A DNA stretch of 64,000 nucleotides from Candidatus Cloacimonadales bacterium (GCA_963677495.2 CAXXOU010000001.1:896001-960000), one strand, 5' to 3'. Numbered from the stretch's first letter, positions 51,077-61,968 are shown. Numbers and translations: made by a program. Notes: generated by a model from the letters alone, not told the origin.

Positions 51077-51766
51077 CCAAATAGTTATTTGTAATGAAGA
51101 ATTAAGAATGATTAATTAAGAATTAGGAAGGTTTCACCTTGAACGATACCGATCAAGGGTGATCGGTGTATAGGTAACCATAGCTGTCACCATAGCGGCC
51201 GAATGGGAGTTGGGTGAATAGCGGAAATGTAGCATAATTCATCACTATGAGTCCAACTTATTTCAGATTTAGAAAAGAAGTCCATTTTCGCTCGTAAACT
51301 TCACTCTGACAAACTCCTTTTCTAAACCTGAAACTCGCTATGACTCCAATGATGAAAGAGATTGCTTCGAAGTGCACCATTTGCAAGGTCTGCGACCATT
51401 CCAAAGGTACAGATTGCTGGGTTTCGTCCTCGCCCCACACTACGTTGCGGTGCAAGTCCTGGGGCTGTAGGTCTACTCCAAGCGAGATAAGGCTAAGTAT
51501 AGTTGTGTGACAAGACGCACCTACATCAGTCTTCGCTAAAAGCTACGCCCTGACAAGCAGTTGGTGCACTCCATAAAAAAGTAATCTAACTATACCATAT
51601 TAATCTTAACAATAATTTTAAATAGCTCTAAATATGCATGACAAGCCGGATTGTTAAGATTCGGAAGTATACCTTAACAATTTCAATTGACAGTATTTTC
51701 CTTATAAACACAGACTGAATGTTGCGCCTAAGTAAAAAGCGTACTAAAGAGTAAACAGGAGAAGCG

Positions 51767-52600
51767 ATGGGTGGAATAGTTTTTTTTAAGACTGCGATGT
51801 TCGAAGTCTTAAGAGATTTTTACCTTAATACAGTTGGTTGTACTGTCTGGCTAGAGCAGCCTAACATCTGCATTGTCAGACATGGAAACCAGATAATCGG
51901 GATTTGCGGAAGCGATAGAGCCGATTCGGATATGCTATTAACATTCTTTTACACATCGAGGGAGGAAGTTGATCAAATAGCTTCTAAACTTGAACCCATT
52001 AACACACCACAATACAATCCGAGTTATGATATTTATCACTTCTACTGCTATGATCCTGAGGGTAGAAAAATTGAGTTCCAGACATTCGAACATCCTGTTA
52101 AGCCCTATTATAATGGAACTGATCTGCTTAGAGAGCGGAGAAGTTATCGTAGTTTCACCGATGCCTCTGTTCCTTCAGAGGTATTGAATAGTGTATTTGA
52201 GGAATGTCGATTTTCACCAACAAGCAGGAACTGTGAATCTTATTACTATGTAGTTGTTAGAAACAGTTCCGCAATTTCCAAACTTGCCGGGATTAGGGGA
52301 TCTGCATCTGCACCACTTGGAAAAGCAGGAGTTGTGATTGCTACAGTTACTAACTCTGAGAAAACAAGTAGAGTAACGCAAGACGCAGATATAGCCGGGT
52401 GCTATCTTCTCTTAGCCCTTGAAAACAACGGGCTGTCCGGTTGCTGGATAACAGATATGGACCGGACTGAGGTAAAAGCCTTGTTGGATATACCTCAGTC
52501 TCATCATATCTCCATGCTGACTCCGGTTGGTTATTCCGATCAAAAGTTATCGGAACCCAATAGAAGAAAAGTAGCAGAGTTTGTGAAATATGTCGATTAA
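51767..52600 (+). CDS. VOC/glyoxalase-like domain fused to nitroreductase domain
   Basis: N-terminal DFY...G and FYCYDPEGRKIEFQ; C-terminal RRSYRSF, SPTSRN, GLSGCWI. Confidence 0.85.
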   Translation: MGGIVFFKTAMFEVLRDFYLNTVGCTVWLEQPNICIVRHGNQIIGICGSDRADSDMLLTFFYTSREEVDQIASKLEPINTPQYNPSYDIYHFYCYDPEGRKIEFQTFEHPVKPYYNGTDLLRERRSYRSFTDASVPSEVLNSVFEECRFSPTSRNCESYYYVVVRNSSAISKLAGIRGSASAPLGKAGVVIATVTNSEKTSRVTQDADIAGCYLLLALENNGLSGCWITDMDRTEVKALLDIPQSHHISMLTPVGYSDQKLSEPNRRKVAEFVKYVD

Positions 52601-52863
52601 GTTTTGTTAAGGAATTGTGAGCTATAATGAGTTTTTATTCTATTGAACTACATGCAATTATGATTAACTTAAACTTAACTGCAAGTTGCTTGACATCAAG
52701 TGTTCGAAGGAATTCCTTTAGGATGCTGTAGAATTTGATTAATGAAGTGATGTAGAGTCTGTCTTATTGAAGGCAAACAAAATTGTTATCGATATTAAGT
52801 AACCGAGTAATCGGTTTTAAACATGAAATAAATAATCACTAAAAAAGGAGAGGAGCAAAACAA

Positions 52864-55800
52864 ATGAGAAAAATAATTCTTACTTTTGCAATTCTTGTAT
52901 TCAGTTTAGTCCTGTTTGCTGACTTTACTGAGAATTTTGACGGTTGGAGTGATGGCTCTTATGCCGGTGTTGTAACATATGAACACACGGGTGTGGGTCA
53001 TTGGGAAAACAATAATGCTATGGTGCATTCTACTTATGCACGTTCCGGCAACGCAGTTAGATTTAATGATGATTCAAGTTCTACTATGGAATACCTTCTT
53101 TTCAAAGGTTTGGATGGAAACGGTAAAGATGGTGGTATTGGAACTATCTCATTCTGGTACAGACATTGGGACGGAAACGTTCCAAGTGAACCTATCGAGT
53201 TTATCGTAGAATATCAAGTAGGTGGAACAACAGGCGATTGGACTGCAATCGGTTCATCTGTAAATGTTACTTCAACTACTTATACTGAGTACTCAGAAAC
53301 AGCTAATATCTCAGGAGATGATATCTTCTTCAGAGTTAGAAATATTCAAGATAAAGAAAGACTTCTTATCGATGATATGACTGTTACTGATTACAGTGGT
53401 GGTGCTGTTACTACTCCTGTGATTTCAGGTATCTCTAATACACCTACAACTCCTTCACCAAGTGAAGATGTAGTTGTAAGTGCTACTATTACTGATGACG
53501 GCACAATTAATTCAGCAGTTATCAACTGGGGACTTACTACAGGTTCTTTAACTAATAATGTTACTATGTCTATCGACTCAGGTGATGTATATGTTGGTAC
53601 AATCCCTGCTCAAGCTGATGGAGCTACAGTTTATTATACAATCACTGCAACTGATAATGACAGTAATGCAGAAACAAGCTCAGAGAGAAGCTATGATGTT
53701 GTACTACCAATAGTTGCAACTCCTTACTTCACTCCTGGTGCCGGTATTTATAGTGAAACACAATCTGTTGAGATTCTTTGCTCAACAGTTGGTGCTTCAA
53801 TCTATTATACAACTGACGGTTCTGAACCAACAGATGCATCTACACTTTATACTGTAGCTTTATCAATCGATGCAACTACTACAGTAAAAGCAAAAGCTTA
53901 TATGACTGGCTACGGACCAAGTGCTGTTGCAGAAGCTCTTTATGACTTCGCAGTTGCCGGTCCTGCTAATATCTATATCAGTGAATACATTGAAGGTTCT
54001 TCAAACAATAAAGCTATTGAAATCTATAATGCCGGTGATACAGATGTGAACCTTGGTTTCGTAGAGTTCTGGCGTATTTCGAATGGTGGCGACTGGGCTG
54101 TTGAAGGTTCAGGTAACGCTGTTACTTTATCCGGTACATTAGCACCGGGAGATGTTTATGTTGTTTGTAACTCAAGTGCAAGTGCAGAGATTCAAGCACT
54201 TTCAGACTTAGTTGGAACTTCTGTTTGTTACTTTAATGGTGACGATGCAATGGGTCTTGTGTACAATGGCACTCTCGTTGATGTTGTTGGTGATGAAGGT
54301 GCAGACCCGGGTTCAGGTTGGGATGTTGCAGGTGAAACTGATGCAACTGCAAATCATACACTTCTTCGTAAAACTACCGGTGCAGCTACCACTGATTGGG
54401 CAGCTTCATCAGGTACTAATGCTACAGATTCACAGTGGACTGTTATGGCAAATGATGATATTTCTAATCTTGGTCAGCCAACACCTCCACCGGCAGCTAA
54501 CCCAGCTCCAGTGATTGCTAACATAGCTCACACTCCTGAAACACCGGAAGCTACAGATATTGTTACAGTTACTGCTGACATTACAGATGATGATGGTTTA
54601 ACTTCTGCTACTCTTAACTGGGGACTTGCATCTGATGCAATGACTAATAATGTTGCTATGACTCTTTCAAGAGATGCTTATGAAGGTAACATTCCTGCCC
54701 AAGTTGGAGGAACTACTGTATATTATGAAATCGTTGCTATTGATGCTAATGCAGAACCTGCAACAACTACAAGCGCAACTTATGACTACACTGTTGTTAA
54801 TATTGTAAATGTAGCTGATATTGCTACTCTTAGAGCAGGTTCTACAGATGGTACTATCTACTGCCTTACAGGTGAAGCTGTTCTTACTTATCAGCAATCA
54901 TATCGTGGACAGAAATTTGTTCAGGATGCTACTGCAGGTATCCTCATTGATGATAACAGTGGAAATATAACAACAACTTATAACATTTATGATGGAATTA
55001 CAGGTCTTTGTGGTACACTCAACGAGTATGGTGGAATGCTTCAGTTTATTCCTGTTGCTGACCCTGGTGCTGCTTCAAACACAGGTCTTTCAATTACTCC
55101 TGTTGTTGTAACACTTGCAGACCTTACAGCTAACTTCGAAACATACGAAGCACAGGTTGTAACAGTTAATGACCTTACTTTCGGTGAGACAGGTAACTTT
55201 GCTAATGGTACTGTTTACACACTTTCTGATGGTACAGATAGCTATAACTTCCGTACATCTTTCTATGATGTAGATTACATCGGAACAGCTATTCCTTCAG
55301 GAACAGTTTCTATTTCAGGTATTATGAATTCCCGTAACGATGGTGAATATATCTCTGCTAGAGATGCAGCAGATATCGTAACTGCAACTGTTCCTGTAGT
55401 AGCAACACCAACATTCAACCCTGCAGCAGGTACTTATGCAACTGCTCAGAGTGTTGAGATTCTTTGTGCTACTGCCGGTGCTTCTATCTATTATACAACA
55501 GATGGAACAGATCCTGATGAAACTTCTACTATGTATACAGTAGCTATCGATGTTACTGAAACAACAACTATCAGAGCTAAAGCATACCTTGTTGATTATA
55601 CTGCAAGTGATATCGCTGAAGCTGTTTATACAATCGAAGCTATCGTAGCTCCAAACATCTATATTAGTGAGTATATCGAAGGTTCTTCAAGTAACAAAGC
55701 TTTCGAAATCTATAATGCTGATACAGTTCCTGTAGACCTTTCAATGGTTCAGGTATGGCGTATATCTAACGGTGGTGACTGGTCTGAAGGTGCTAGCAAT

Positions 55801-58800
55801 GGAACAACATTAGTTGGTACACTTAATCCGGGTGAAGTTTGGGTTAATGCTAACTCAAGTGCTATCCCTGAAATTCAAGCATTAGCTGACTCTGTAGGCT
55901 CATCAATCACTTGGTTCAATGGTGACGATGCAATGGGTCTTGCTTATAACGGCGTACTTATTGACGTTGTTGGACAAGAAGGAATTGATCCAGGAACAGG
56001 TTGGGATGTAGCCGGTGTTACAGCTGCTACTGCTAACCATACACTTCTTCGTAAATCTTCAGTAACAACAGGAACTACAGACTGGACTACTTCTGCCGGA
56101 ACAGATGCTTCTGATTCACAGTGGATAGTACTTGGAGAAGATGACTACAGTAACTTAGGTGATACTACAGCTAACTATAATGAAGCTCCTGCTATTACTA
56201 ATATTTTAGTAAACCCAGTTGCTCCAGAGGTTGGCATGAACGTAACAATTACTGCTGACGTTACTGACGATAGTGCTGTTTCTACTGTAGAACTCAAATA
56301 TGGAACAGAAACTGGTGTTTATGGAACTGTTGTTACTATGAACACACGTGCTACATATACAACAACACTTACAACACTTACAGCCGGTACATACTACTTT
56401 GTAGTTGAAGCTACAGATGATGGTAGTGTTGTAACAACATCAGATGAACAGACATTTACTGTTACAGAACCTGCTCCAACTGAAGGTATCATTGTAAGTG
56501 AAACAGCTCTTGCATTTGCAGCAGAAGTTGGCGCAACATCTGATCCACAAGAATACACACTTCAAGGAATTGACCTTGGTGATGTAATCAATATAGAGGT
56601 TGCAGGTCCATTCGAAGTATCTGACAATGCTTTAAGCTGGGATACTGATATTTATGACCTTGACCCTGATTTCGACGGAACTATCTGGGTTCGTTACACA
56701 GCGACTGCTGCAGGTGATGAGTTCGGTACAATCACTCATATGTCTGATGGATTTGATGATGTTGTAATCAACCTTACAGGTACGGGTTCACTTCCGCTTG
56801 TTGATATCTTCAATGAAGATTTCGAATCAACTACACTCGGAAGTTGGACTCCAGTTTCTGTTATTGGTGACCAAGCATGGGAAGCACGTTCATATAGTGG
56901 TAATTACTATGCATATATGAGTGGTTTTTCAGGTAGTGCACAAGACAACGAAGACTGGCTTATCTCACCAGCTGTTAACATGGACGCTTATGAGAATGAA
57001 CAGTTAAACTTCGATACAGCTTATAACTATACTGGCCCAGCATTAGAAGTATATGTATCTACTGACTATGTAGATGATCCAACTACTGCAACATGGGCAC
57101 CGCTTAATCCTGTTCTTTCAACAGGTGGTTTCTCATGGGCTAACTCAGGTATCCTTGACCTTTCTGGTTACAACGGTTCTTTAAGAGTTGGTTTCAAATA
57201 TCAATCTGATCCTACAAACGGTTCAGCAGCTTGGGAAATTGACAATATCGTAATGCAAGGTACAGTGATTCAAGGTGTAAACACAGCTCCTGTTGTTACA
57301 AACGTTATGACTTCTCCTGCAGTACCTACATCAACTGATATCGTTACTGTAACTGCTGACATTGCTGATGCCGATGGTATCTCTTCAGCAACTCTTTATT
57401 GGGGTTTAGCTTCAGATGCACTTACTAACGAAGTACCTATGACTCTTAACAGAGATAGTTACACTGCTGACATCCCTGCTCAAACAGGTGGAACAGTTGT
57501 ATACTTAAAAGTTATGGCTACAGATGCACACGTTGAACCAATGACAGGTGAAAGTGGAGTTAATAACTACTCTGTAATACAAGATGTAGCAGACATTGCT
57601 GCTCTTAGAGCCGGTGCTACAGATGGTACATATTACCAGCTTGCTGGTGAAGTTATCTTAACATTCCAACAATCTTATCGTGGTCAAAAATATGTTCAGG
57701 ATGCTTCAGGTGCTATTTTAATAGATGATAACGCTGGTGCAATCACTACTGCATATAACTTATATGATGGTATAACTGGTCTTTGGGGAACACTTAGTTC
57801 TTACGGTGAAATGCTTCAATTCGTTCCAGCCGGTGATCCTGGTGCTGCTACTACAACAGGTAATACAATTACTCCTGCTGTTGTAACTCTTACAGACCTA
57901 ACAAACAACTTTGAGATGTATGAAGCTCAAGTTGTTACAGTTAATGATGTGAACTTTGAAGATGTTGGAAACTTTGCTAACGGTACAGTTTACTCAGTTA
58001 GTGACGGAGCGGTTAACTATAGCTTCCGTTCAACTTTCTATGATGTAGATTATATTGGAACTGCAATTCCTTCACAACCTGTAAACATCACAGGTATTAT
58101 GAATTCACGCTCAACTGGAGAATATCTTACAGCTAGATTCTTAACTGACCTTGATGTTAATGAGACTGTTGTTGCTACTCCAACATTCACTCCTGCTGCA
58201 GGTACCTACACTGAAACTCAGAATGTTGAGATTCTTTGTGATACTGCTGATGCAATGATTTACTACACAACAGATGGAACAGATCCTGATGAATCTTCAT
58301 CACTCTATTCCGTTGCTATTGCAGTTAGTGAAACTACAACAATCAAAGCAAAAGCATACAAAGATGGCTTTACACCAAGTTCAATCAGTGAAGCTGTTTA
58401 TACAATCGTAGAAGCTACAGAAGTAAATATCTATATCAGTGAATACTTGGAAGGTTCTTCTAATAATAAAGCGATTGAGATATACAATGCAGGTGCTGAT
58501 CCTGTAAACCTTGACTTAGTTGAGTTCTGGCGTATCTCTAATGGTGGTGACTGGGCAGTTGAAGGTTCCGGTAATGCTGTAGCATTATCTGGTACACTTG
58601 CTCCTGGTGACGTATACGTTGTTTGTAACTCAAGTGCAATTCCAGAGATTCAAGCTGTTTCTGACTTAGTTGGAACATCTATTTGCTACTTTAACGGTGA
58701 TGATGCTATGGGACTTGCTTACAATGGCGTTCTCATTGACGTTGTTGGTGACGAAGGTGCTGATCCTGGTTCTGGTTGGGATGTAGCTGGTGAAACTGCT

Positions 58801-59208
58801 GCTACAGCTAATCATACTCTTCTTAGAAAAGAAACAGTTACAGAAGCAACTACTGACTGGGCTCTTTCAGCCGGTGATGCAACAGACTCACAATGGACTG
58901 TTATGGAAATTGATGACTATTCTAACCTTGGTTTCCCAACAGGACAGGGTGGAGCTGCAGACCCTGCTACTCCAACAAATGTTGTTCTTGTTAATGATGT
59001 GACAGGCAGAGTACTTACATGGGATGCAGCAGCTGATGCTGTAACTTATAAAGTATACTCTTCAACTGATCCTGCTTCCGCTTTCGATAGTTGGACACTT
59101 GAAACAACTACTGATCAGTTAACATGGACTGATACAGATAATGCTAATAAGAAATTCTATCGTATCGTATCTTCAACAGACGCAATGCCTGTTAGAAGCA
59201 GAAGATAG
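52864..59208 (+). CDS. Giant (2114 aa) secreted modular protein: 3 lamin-tail domains, 3 chitobiase-C/Fn3-associated domains, 2 OB-fold (DUF5689-like) units, Ig repeats, one jelly-roll domain
   Basis: Signal peptide; ISEY(I/L)EGSS.NKA.EIYN...FNGDDA x3; IYYTTDG x3; IA.LRAG...GEA/VVLT...VQDA x2; EDWLISP. Confidence 0.85.
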   Translation: MRKIILTFAILVFSLVLFADFTENFDGWSDGSYAGVVTYEHTGVGHWENNNAMVHSTYARSGNAVRFNDDSSSTMEYLLFKGLDGNGKDGGIGTISFWYRHWDGNVPSEPIEFIVEYQVGGTTGDWTAIGSSVNVTSTTYTEYSETANISGDDIFFRVRNIQDKERLLIDDMTVTDYSGGAVTTPVISGISNTPTTPSPSEDVVVSATITDDGTINSAVINWGLTTGSLTNNVTMSIDSGDVYVGTIPAQADGATVYYTITATDNDSNAETSSERSYDVVLPIVATPYFTPGAGIYSETQSVEILCSTVGASIYYTTDGSEPTDASTLYTVALSIDATTTVKAKAYMTGYGPSAVAEALYDFAVAGPANIYISEYIEGSSNNKAIEIYNAGDTDVNLGFVEFWRISNGGDWAVEGSGNAVTLSGTLAPGDVYVVCNSSASAEIQALSDLVGTSVCYFNGDDAMGLVYNGTLVDVVGDEGADPGSGWDVAGETDATANHTLLRKTTGAATTDWAASSGTNATDSQWTVMANDDISNLGQPTPPPAANPAPVIANIAHTPETPEATDIVTVTADITDDDGLTSATLNWGLASDAMTNNVAMTLSRDAYEGNIPAQVGGTTVYYEIVAIDANAEPATTTSATYDYTVVNIVNVADIATLRAGSTDGTIYCLTGEAVLTYQQSYRGQKFVQDATAGILIDDNSGNITTTYNIYDGITGLCGTLNEYGGMLQFIPVADPGAASNTGLSITPVVVTLADLTANFETYEAQVVTVNDLTFGETGNFANGTVYTLSDGTDSYNFRTSFYDVDYIGTAIPSGTVSISGIMNSRNDGEYISARDAADIVTATVPVVATPTFNPAAGTYATAQSVEILCATAGASIYYTTDGTDPDETSTMYTVAIDVTETTTIRAKAYLVDYTASDIAEAVYTIEAIVAPNIYISEYIEGSSSNKAFEIYNADTVPVDLSMVQVWRISNGGDWSEGASNGTTLVGTLNPGEVWVNANSSAIPEIQALADSVGSSITWFNGDDAMGLAYNGVLIDVVGQEGIDPGTGWDVAGVTAATANHTLLRKSSVTTGTTDWTTSAGTDASDSQWIVLGEDDYSNLGDTTANYNEAPAITNILVNPVAPEVGMNVTITADVTDDSAVSTVELKYGTETGVYGTVVTMNTRATYTTTLTTLTAGTYYFVVEATDDGSVVTTSDEQTFTVTEPAPTEGIIVSETALAFAAEVGATSDPQEYTLQGIDLGDVINIEVAGPFEVSDNALSWDTDIYDLDPDFDGTIWVRYTATAAGDEFGTITHMSDGFDDVVINLTGTGSLPLVDIFNEDFESTTLGSWTPVSVIGDQAWEARSYSGNYYAYMSGFSGSAQDNEDWLISPAVNMDAYENEQLNFDTAYNYTGPALEVYVSTDYVDDPTTATWAPLNPVLSTGGFSWANSGILDLSGYNGSLRVGFKYQSDPTNGSAAWEIDNIVMQGTVIQGVNTAPVVTNVMTSPAVPTSTDIVTVTADIADADGISSATLYWGLASDALTNEVPMTLNRDSYTADIPAQTGGTVVYLKVMATDAHVEPMTGESGVNNYSVIQDVADIAALRAGATDGTYYQLAGEVILTFQQSYRGQKYVQDASGAILIDDNAGAITTAYNLYDGITGLWGTLSSYGEMLQFVPAGDPGAATTTGNTITPAVVTLTDLTNNFEMYEAQVVTVNDVNFEDVGNFANGTVYSVSDGAVNYSFRSTFYDVDYIGTAIPSQPVNITGIMNSRSTGEYLTARFLTDLDVNETVVATPTFTPAAGTYTETQNVEILCDTADAMIYYTTDGTDPDESSSLYSVAIAVSETTTIKAKAYKDGFTPSSISEAVYTIVEATEVNIYISEYLEGSSNNKAIEIYNAGADPVNLDLVEFWRISNGGDWAVEGSGNAVALSGTLAPGDVYVVCNSSAIPEIQAVSDLVGTSICYFNGDDAMGLAYNGVLIDVVGDEGADPGSGWDVAGETAATANHTLLRKETVTEATTDWALSAGDATDSQWTVMEIDDYSNLGFPTGQGGAADPATPTNVVLVNDVTGRVLTWDAAADAVTYKVYSSTDPASAFDSWTLETTTDQLTWTDTDNANKKFYRIVSSTDAMPVRSRR

Positions 59209-59227
59209 TTAATATAGCTCACAAACT

Positions 59228-59263
59228 GAAAGAGTATCGGGTAACCGGTACTCTTTCTTTTTT
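59228..59263 (+). terminator. Rho-independent terminator
   Basis: gaaagagta.cgg-gtaa-ccggtactctttc plus T-run. Confidence 0.85.
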
Positions 59264-59747
59264 CTGACAGTAATTCACTATAGCCATCCGAGCGACCCTA
59301 TCGATTTCGTTCATTTCGTTTCACTTCATTCAGCTTCGCTCAGGGTGACGTGGTAATGGAACTTGCATTTGCAAGTTTGAGTACCATGTTGTCATCTTGA
59401 TTGAACCATTGGGAGTTCTTCTCTAAGAAAAAGACGTAACATCCTTGTAATTATTTGATTTGATAATAGCAGCGTTTTACATCTGGTATCAAACATAAGT
59501 CCACTTCAATCTTGACAAGTTGAATGGGTTTAAAACCGATACAACTTGTTTAATCAAAAGGAACCATAGAAACTTTGATATGATTAGTCAGGTATGTTTA
59601 TACTAAGATACTGCAAAATATAGTATTAGCTATGGAATGAAAATTTCATCATTGTTATATTGGTAGTTGTTATGATTATATTGTAAATCATAATGTATTT
59701 ATAGGTAAGGCTATGTTAAACAAGGCGTTATTAGTTTGGAGGAGAAG

Positions 59748-61469
59748 ATGAGAAGACTTATTCTTTTTTTGGCTTTGGCTACACTGTTTACACTCAGTTT
59801 TGCTGAAGTAGTAAATATTAGTGGAAGCGTAAGTTCAATGAATGATTGGATTACACCAATTGAGGGTGCGACTATACAGGTTGAGAATATTGATGAGCAG
59901 GTAATTACGGATGAAAACGGATATTATACTATAGATGTGGATTGGGTATGGAATGGACCGATTGTTGTTACATGTATTAAAGAGGGTTATACTTCAGTGA
60001 CAGAAACACTTTTCCCTGAGCATCCTTATGAATATCTAGATTTCTTTTTAGAAGTTTTAGTGCCAACCAATGTGATTCAAGGAAATGTTTATTACACAGA
60101 ATTGTGTGGTAACACTATACCGATAGCCGGAGCTTTTATCTCGGTTGGTGGGGTCGAAAATTTCGTTGAAACAGATGCTAATGGATTCTATTCAATAGAG
60201 TTTATATGGAACTGGGATAGCGCAGTTGTAATGAATTGTGAACATATTGATTACGAAACTATAGTTTATAGTTTCTTCCCAAGTGAGAATCCCGCAACAG
60301 TGGATTTCGAAATGATTCCGCTACCATTACCTTACAGTCATTCCATAAGTGGAAATGTATCTGATATCACTACTGGTTCACCAATTGTAGATGTTGAGAT
60401 TCATATAGATTCAGTTAATGAAAATGTGTATTCTGATTCAAATGGAAACTATCAGTTTATGTTTAATTGGGATTGGGATAGTGCAGTAATAATTACCTGT
60501 TCTCATGCAGCATATGAATCACAGATTGTTAGTTTTTACCCCGACAGCGAAGAATCATATGTTAATTTTACTTTATCTACAGAAGCTAATCCTGCACCTA
60601 TAACTATTCAAGGATTTGTTACACAAGCATACCCTAATAATGATCAACCAATAGAGGGAGCAGTTTTATCCTTTGGAGCTCCCGGAGCAGACCCGGTTGC
60701 TGCGACTAGAACTGAAACTAACGGGTTCTATACTGCATCTCTTGTCTGGAACTGGTATGGTCCTATTCAGATAAATTGTCACTATCCGGGACATTATCAT
60801 ATAGTCATGGATTGTTTCCCTGATGGTGAGATGAATGACCTAAATTTCTTTATGCAGCCATTACCTCCTGTATTTGAACCCCCAGCAAATTTATCAGGAT
60901 ATGTTTCCAATGATGATAGGGTTGTTTTGGAGTGGAGTGCACCTATGAACTGGCCCTTGGAACATCCTTTGTCTTACAGGATTTATATAAAAGAAAATGA
61001 TAACCAATATTTTCATCCATTGGCAACTACATCTTTAAGTGAGTTCGTTCATACATTTTCTGTTTCTGGTAGTGGCACATGGAATGCAGAATTCACAGTT
61101 ACTGTTTTTGAAGATAGTACTGAGACAGCATTTAGCAATATTATCACTTTAGGGCACACAACTGCAAACGATGGTGATGTGCAGGTTTTACAGAAACCGA
61201 TACTAGATGTGTATCCGAACCCTTTTAATCCAAGTGCTAATATTTTTCTCAATATTCAGGAGCATCAACATGTTAAAGCTCAGATATTTAACATAAAAGG
61301 TCAAACTATCGAAACTTTGCTTGATATGAAACTTCAAGAAGGTTCTCACAATCTTGTTTGGGATGGAACTGATTCGAATGGTAGTAAGCAAAGCTCCGGT
61401 ATATATTTTTTAAAGGTACGAACTGGTAGTGGAGTGAGTTTAACTAGAAAACTGACTTTGATAAAATAG
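59748..61469 (+). CDS. Secreted protein with four carboxypeptidase-regulatory-like (Cna-B-like) repeats, an FN3-like domain and FlgD/T9SS-like CTD
   Basis: ggaggag RBS before ATG 59748; repeats I.G.V...PI.GA...TD.NG.Y; YPNPFNP...FNIKGQ...SGIYF. Confidence 0.82.
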   Translation: MRRLILFLALATLFTLSFAEVVNISGSVSSMNDWITPIEGATIQVENIDEQVITDENGYYTIDVDWVWNGPIVVTCIKEGYTSVTETLFPEHPYEYLDFFLEVLVPTNVIQGNVYYTELCGNTIPIAGAFISVGGVENFVETDANGFYSIEFIWNWDSAVVMNCEHIDYETIVYSFFPSENPATVDFEMIPLPLPYSHSISGNVSDITTGSPIVDVEIHIDSVNENVYSDSNGNYQFMFNWDWDSAVIITCSHAAYESQIVSFYPDSEESYVNFTLSTEANPAPITIQGFVTQAYPNNDQPIEGAVLSFGAPGADPVAATRTETNGFYTASLVWNWYGPIQINCHYPGHYHIVMDCFPDGEMNDLNFFMQPLPPVFEPPANLSGYVSNDDRVVLEWSAPMNWPLEHPLSYRIYIKENDNQYFHPLATTSLSEFVHTFSVSGSGTWNAEFTVTVFEDSTETAFSNIITLGHTTANDGDVQVLQKPILDVYPNPFNPSANIFLNIQEHQHVKAQIFNIKGQTIETLLDMKLQEGSHNLVWDGTDSNGSKQSSGIYFLKVRTGSGVSLTRKLTLIK

Positions 61470-61489
61470 ATTTGATTTATTTTTGTAAC

Positions 61490-61517
61490 AGAGACGCTTA
61501 CATTTGCGTCTCTTTTT
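61490..61517 (+). terminator. Rho-independent terminator
   Basis: agagacgc...gcgtctct-tttt. Confidence 0.75.
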
Positions 61518-61968
61518 ATATATCAAGTCAATCCATTTCAGACTGTTTAGTAATCTTCATTAGCCTATCTTAATAGATTTACTTCTAATGTCATTTTCTT
61601 TTGCAACATTAGGGTGTCTCTTATCAGTTTGCCCCGGGGATGCCCAAGAGACTTATTAGAATTACACACTCTTTGATGAGCTATTATGATAGAGCAAAGA
61701 ACGATTAGTGATAATTACTTAAACGTTTCAATAATAAACTGTGATTCAAAGACGAAGGAAGGAAGGATATTGCTTGTATGATTTGAACTAATAGAATCAA
61801 CTTAACTTGCAATGAAGGTGGGCTGAGATTCGATGTCAAGTATAAAAAAGCACTTCATAGATTGGTCAGAAAGACAGCCTCATTACATCTTTTATAGAAA
61901 ATAACTTTACAAGAGAGAATTTGTATTAGTTTTGGACAATGGTATATTATGAATATTAAGGAAAGTGT

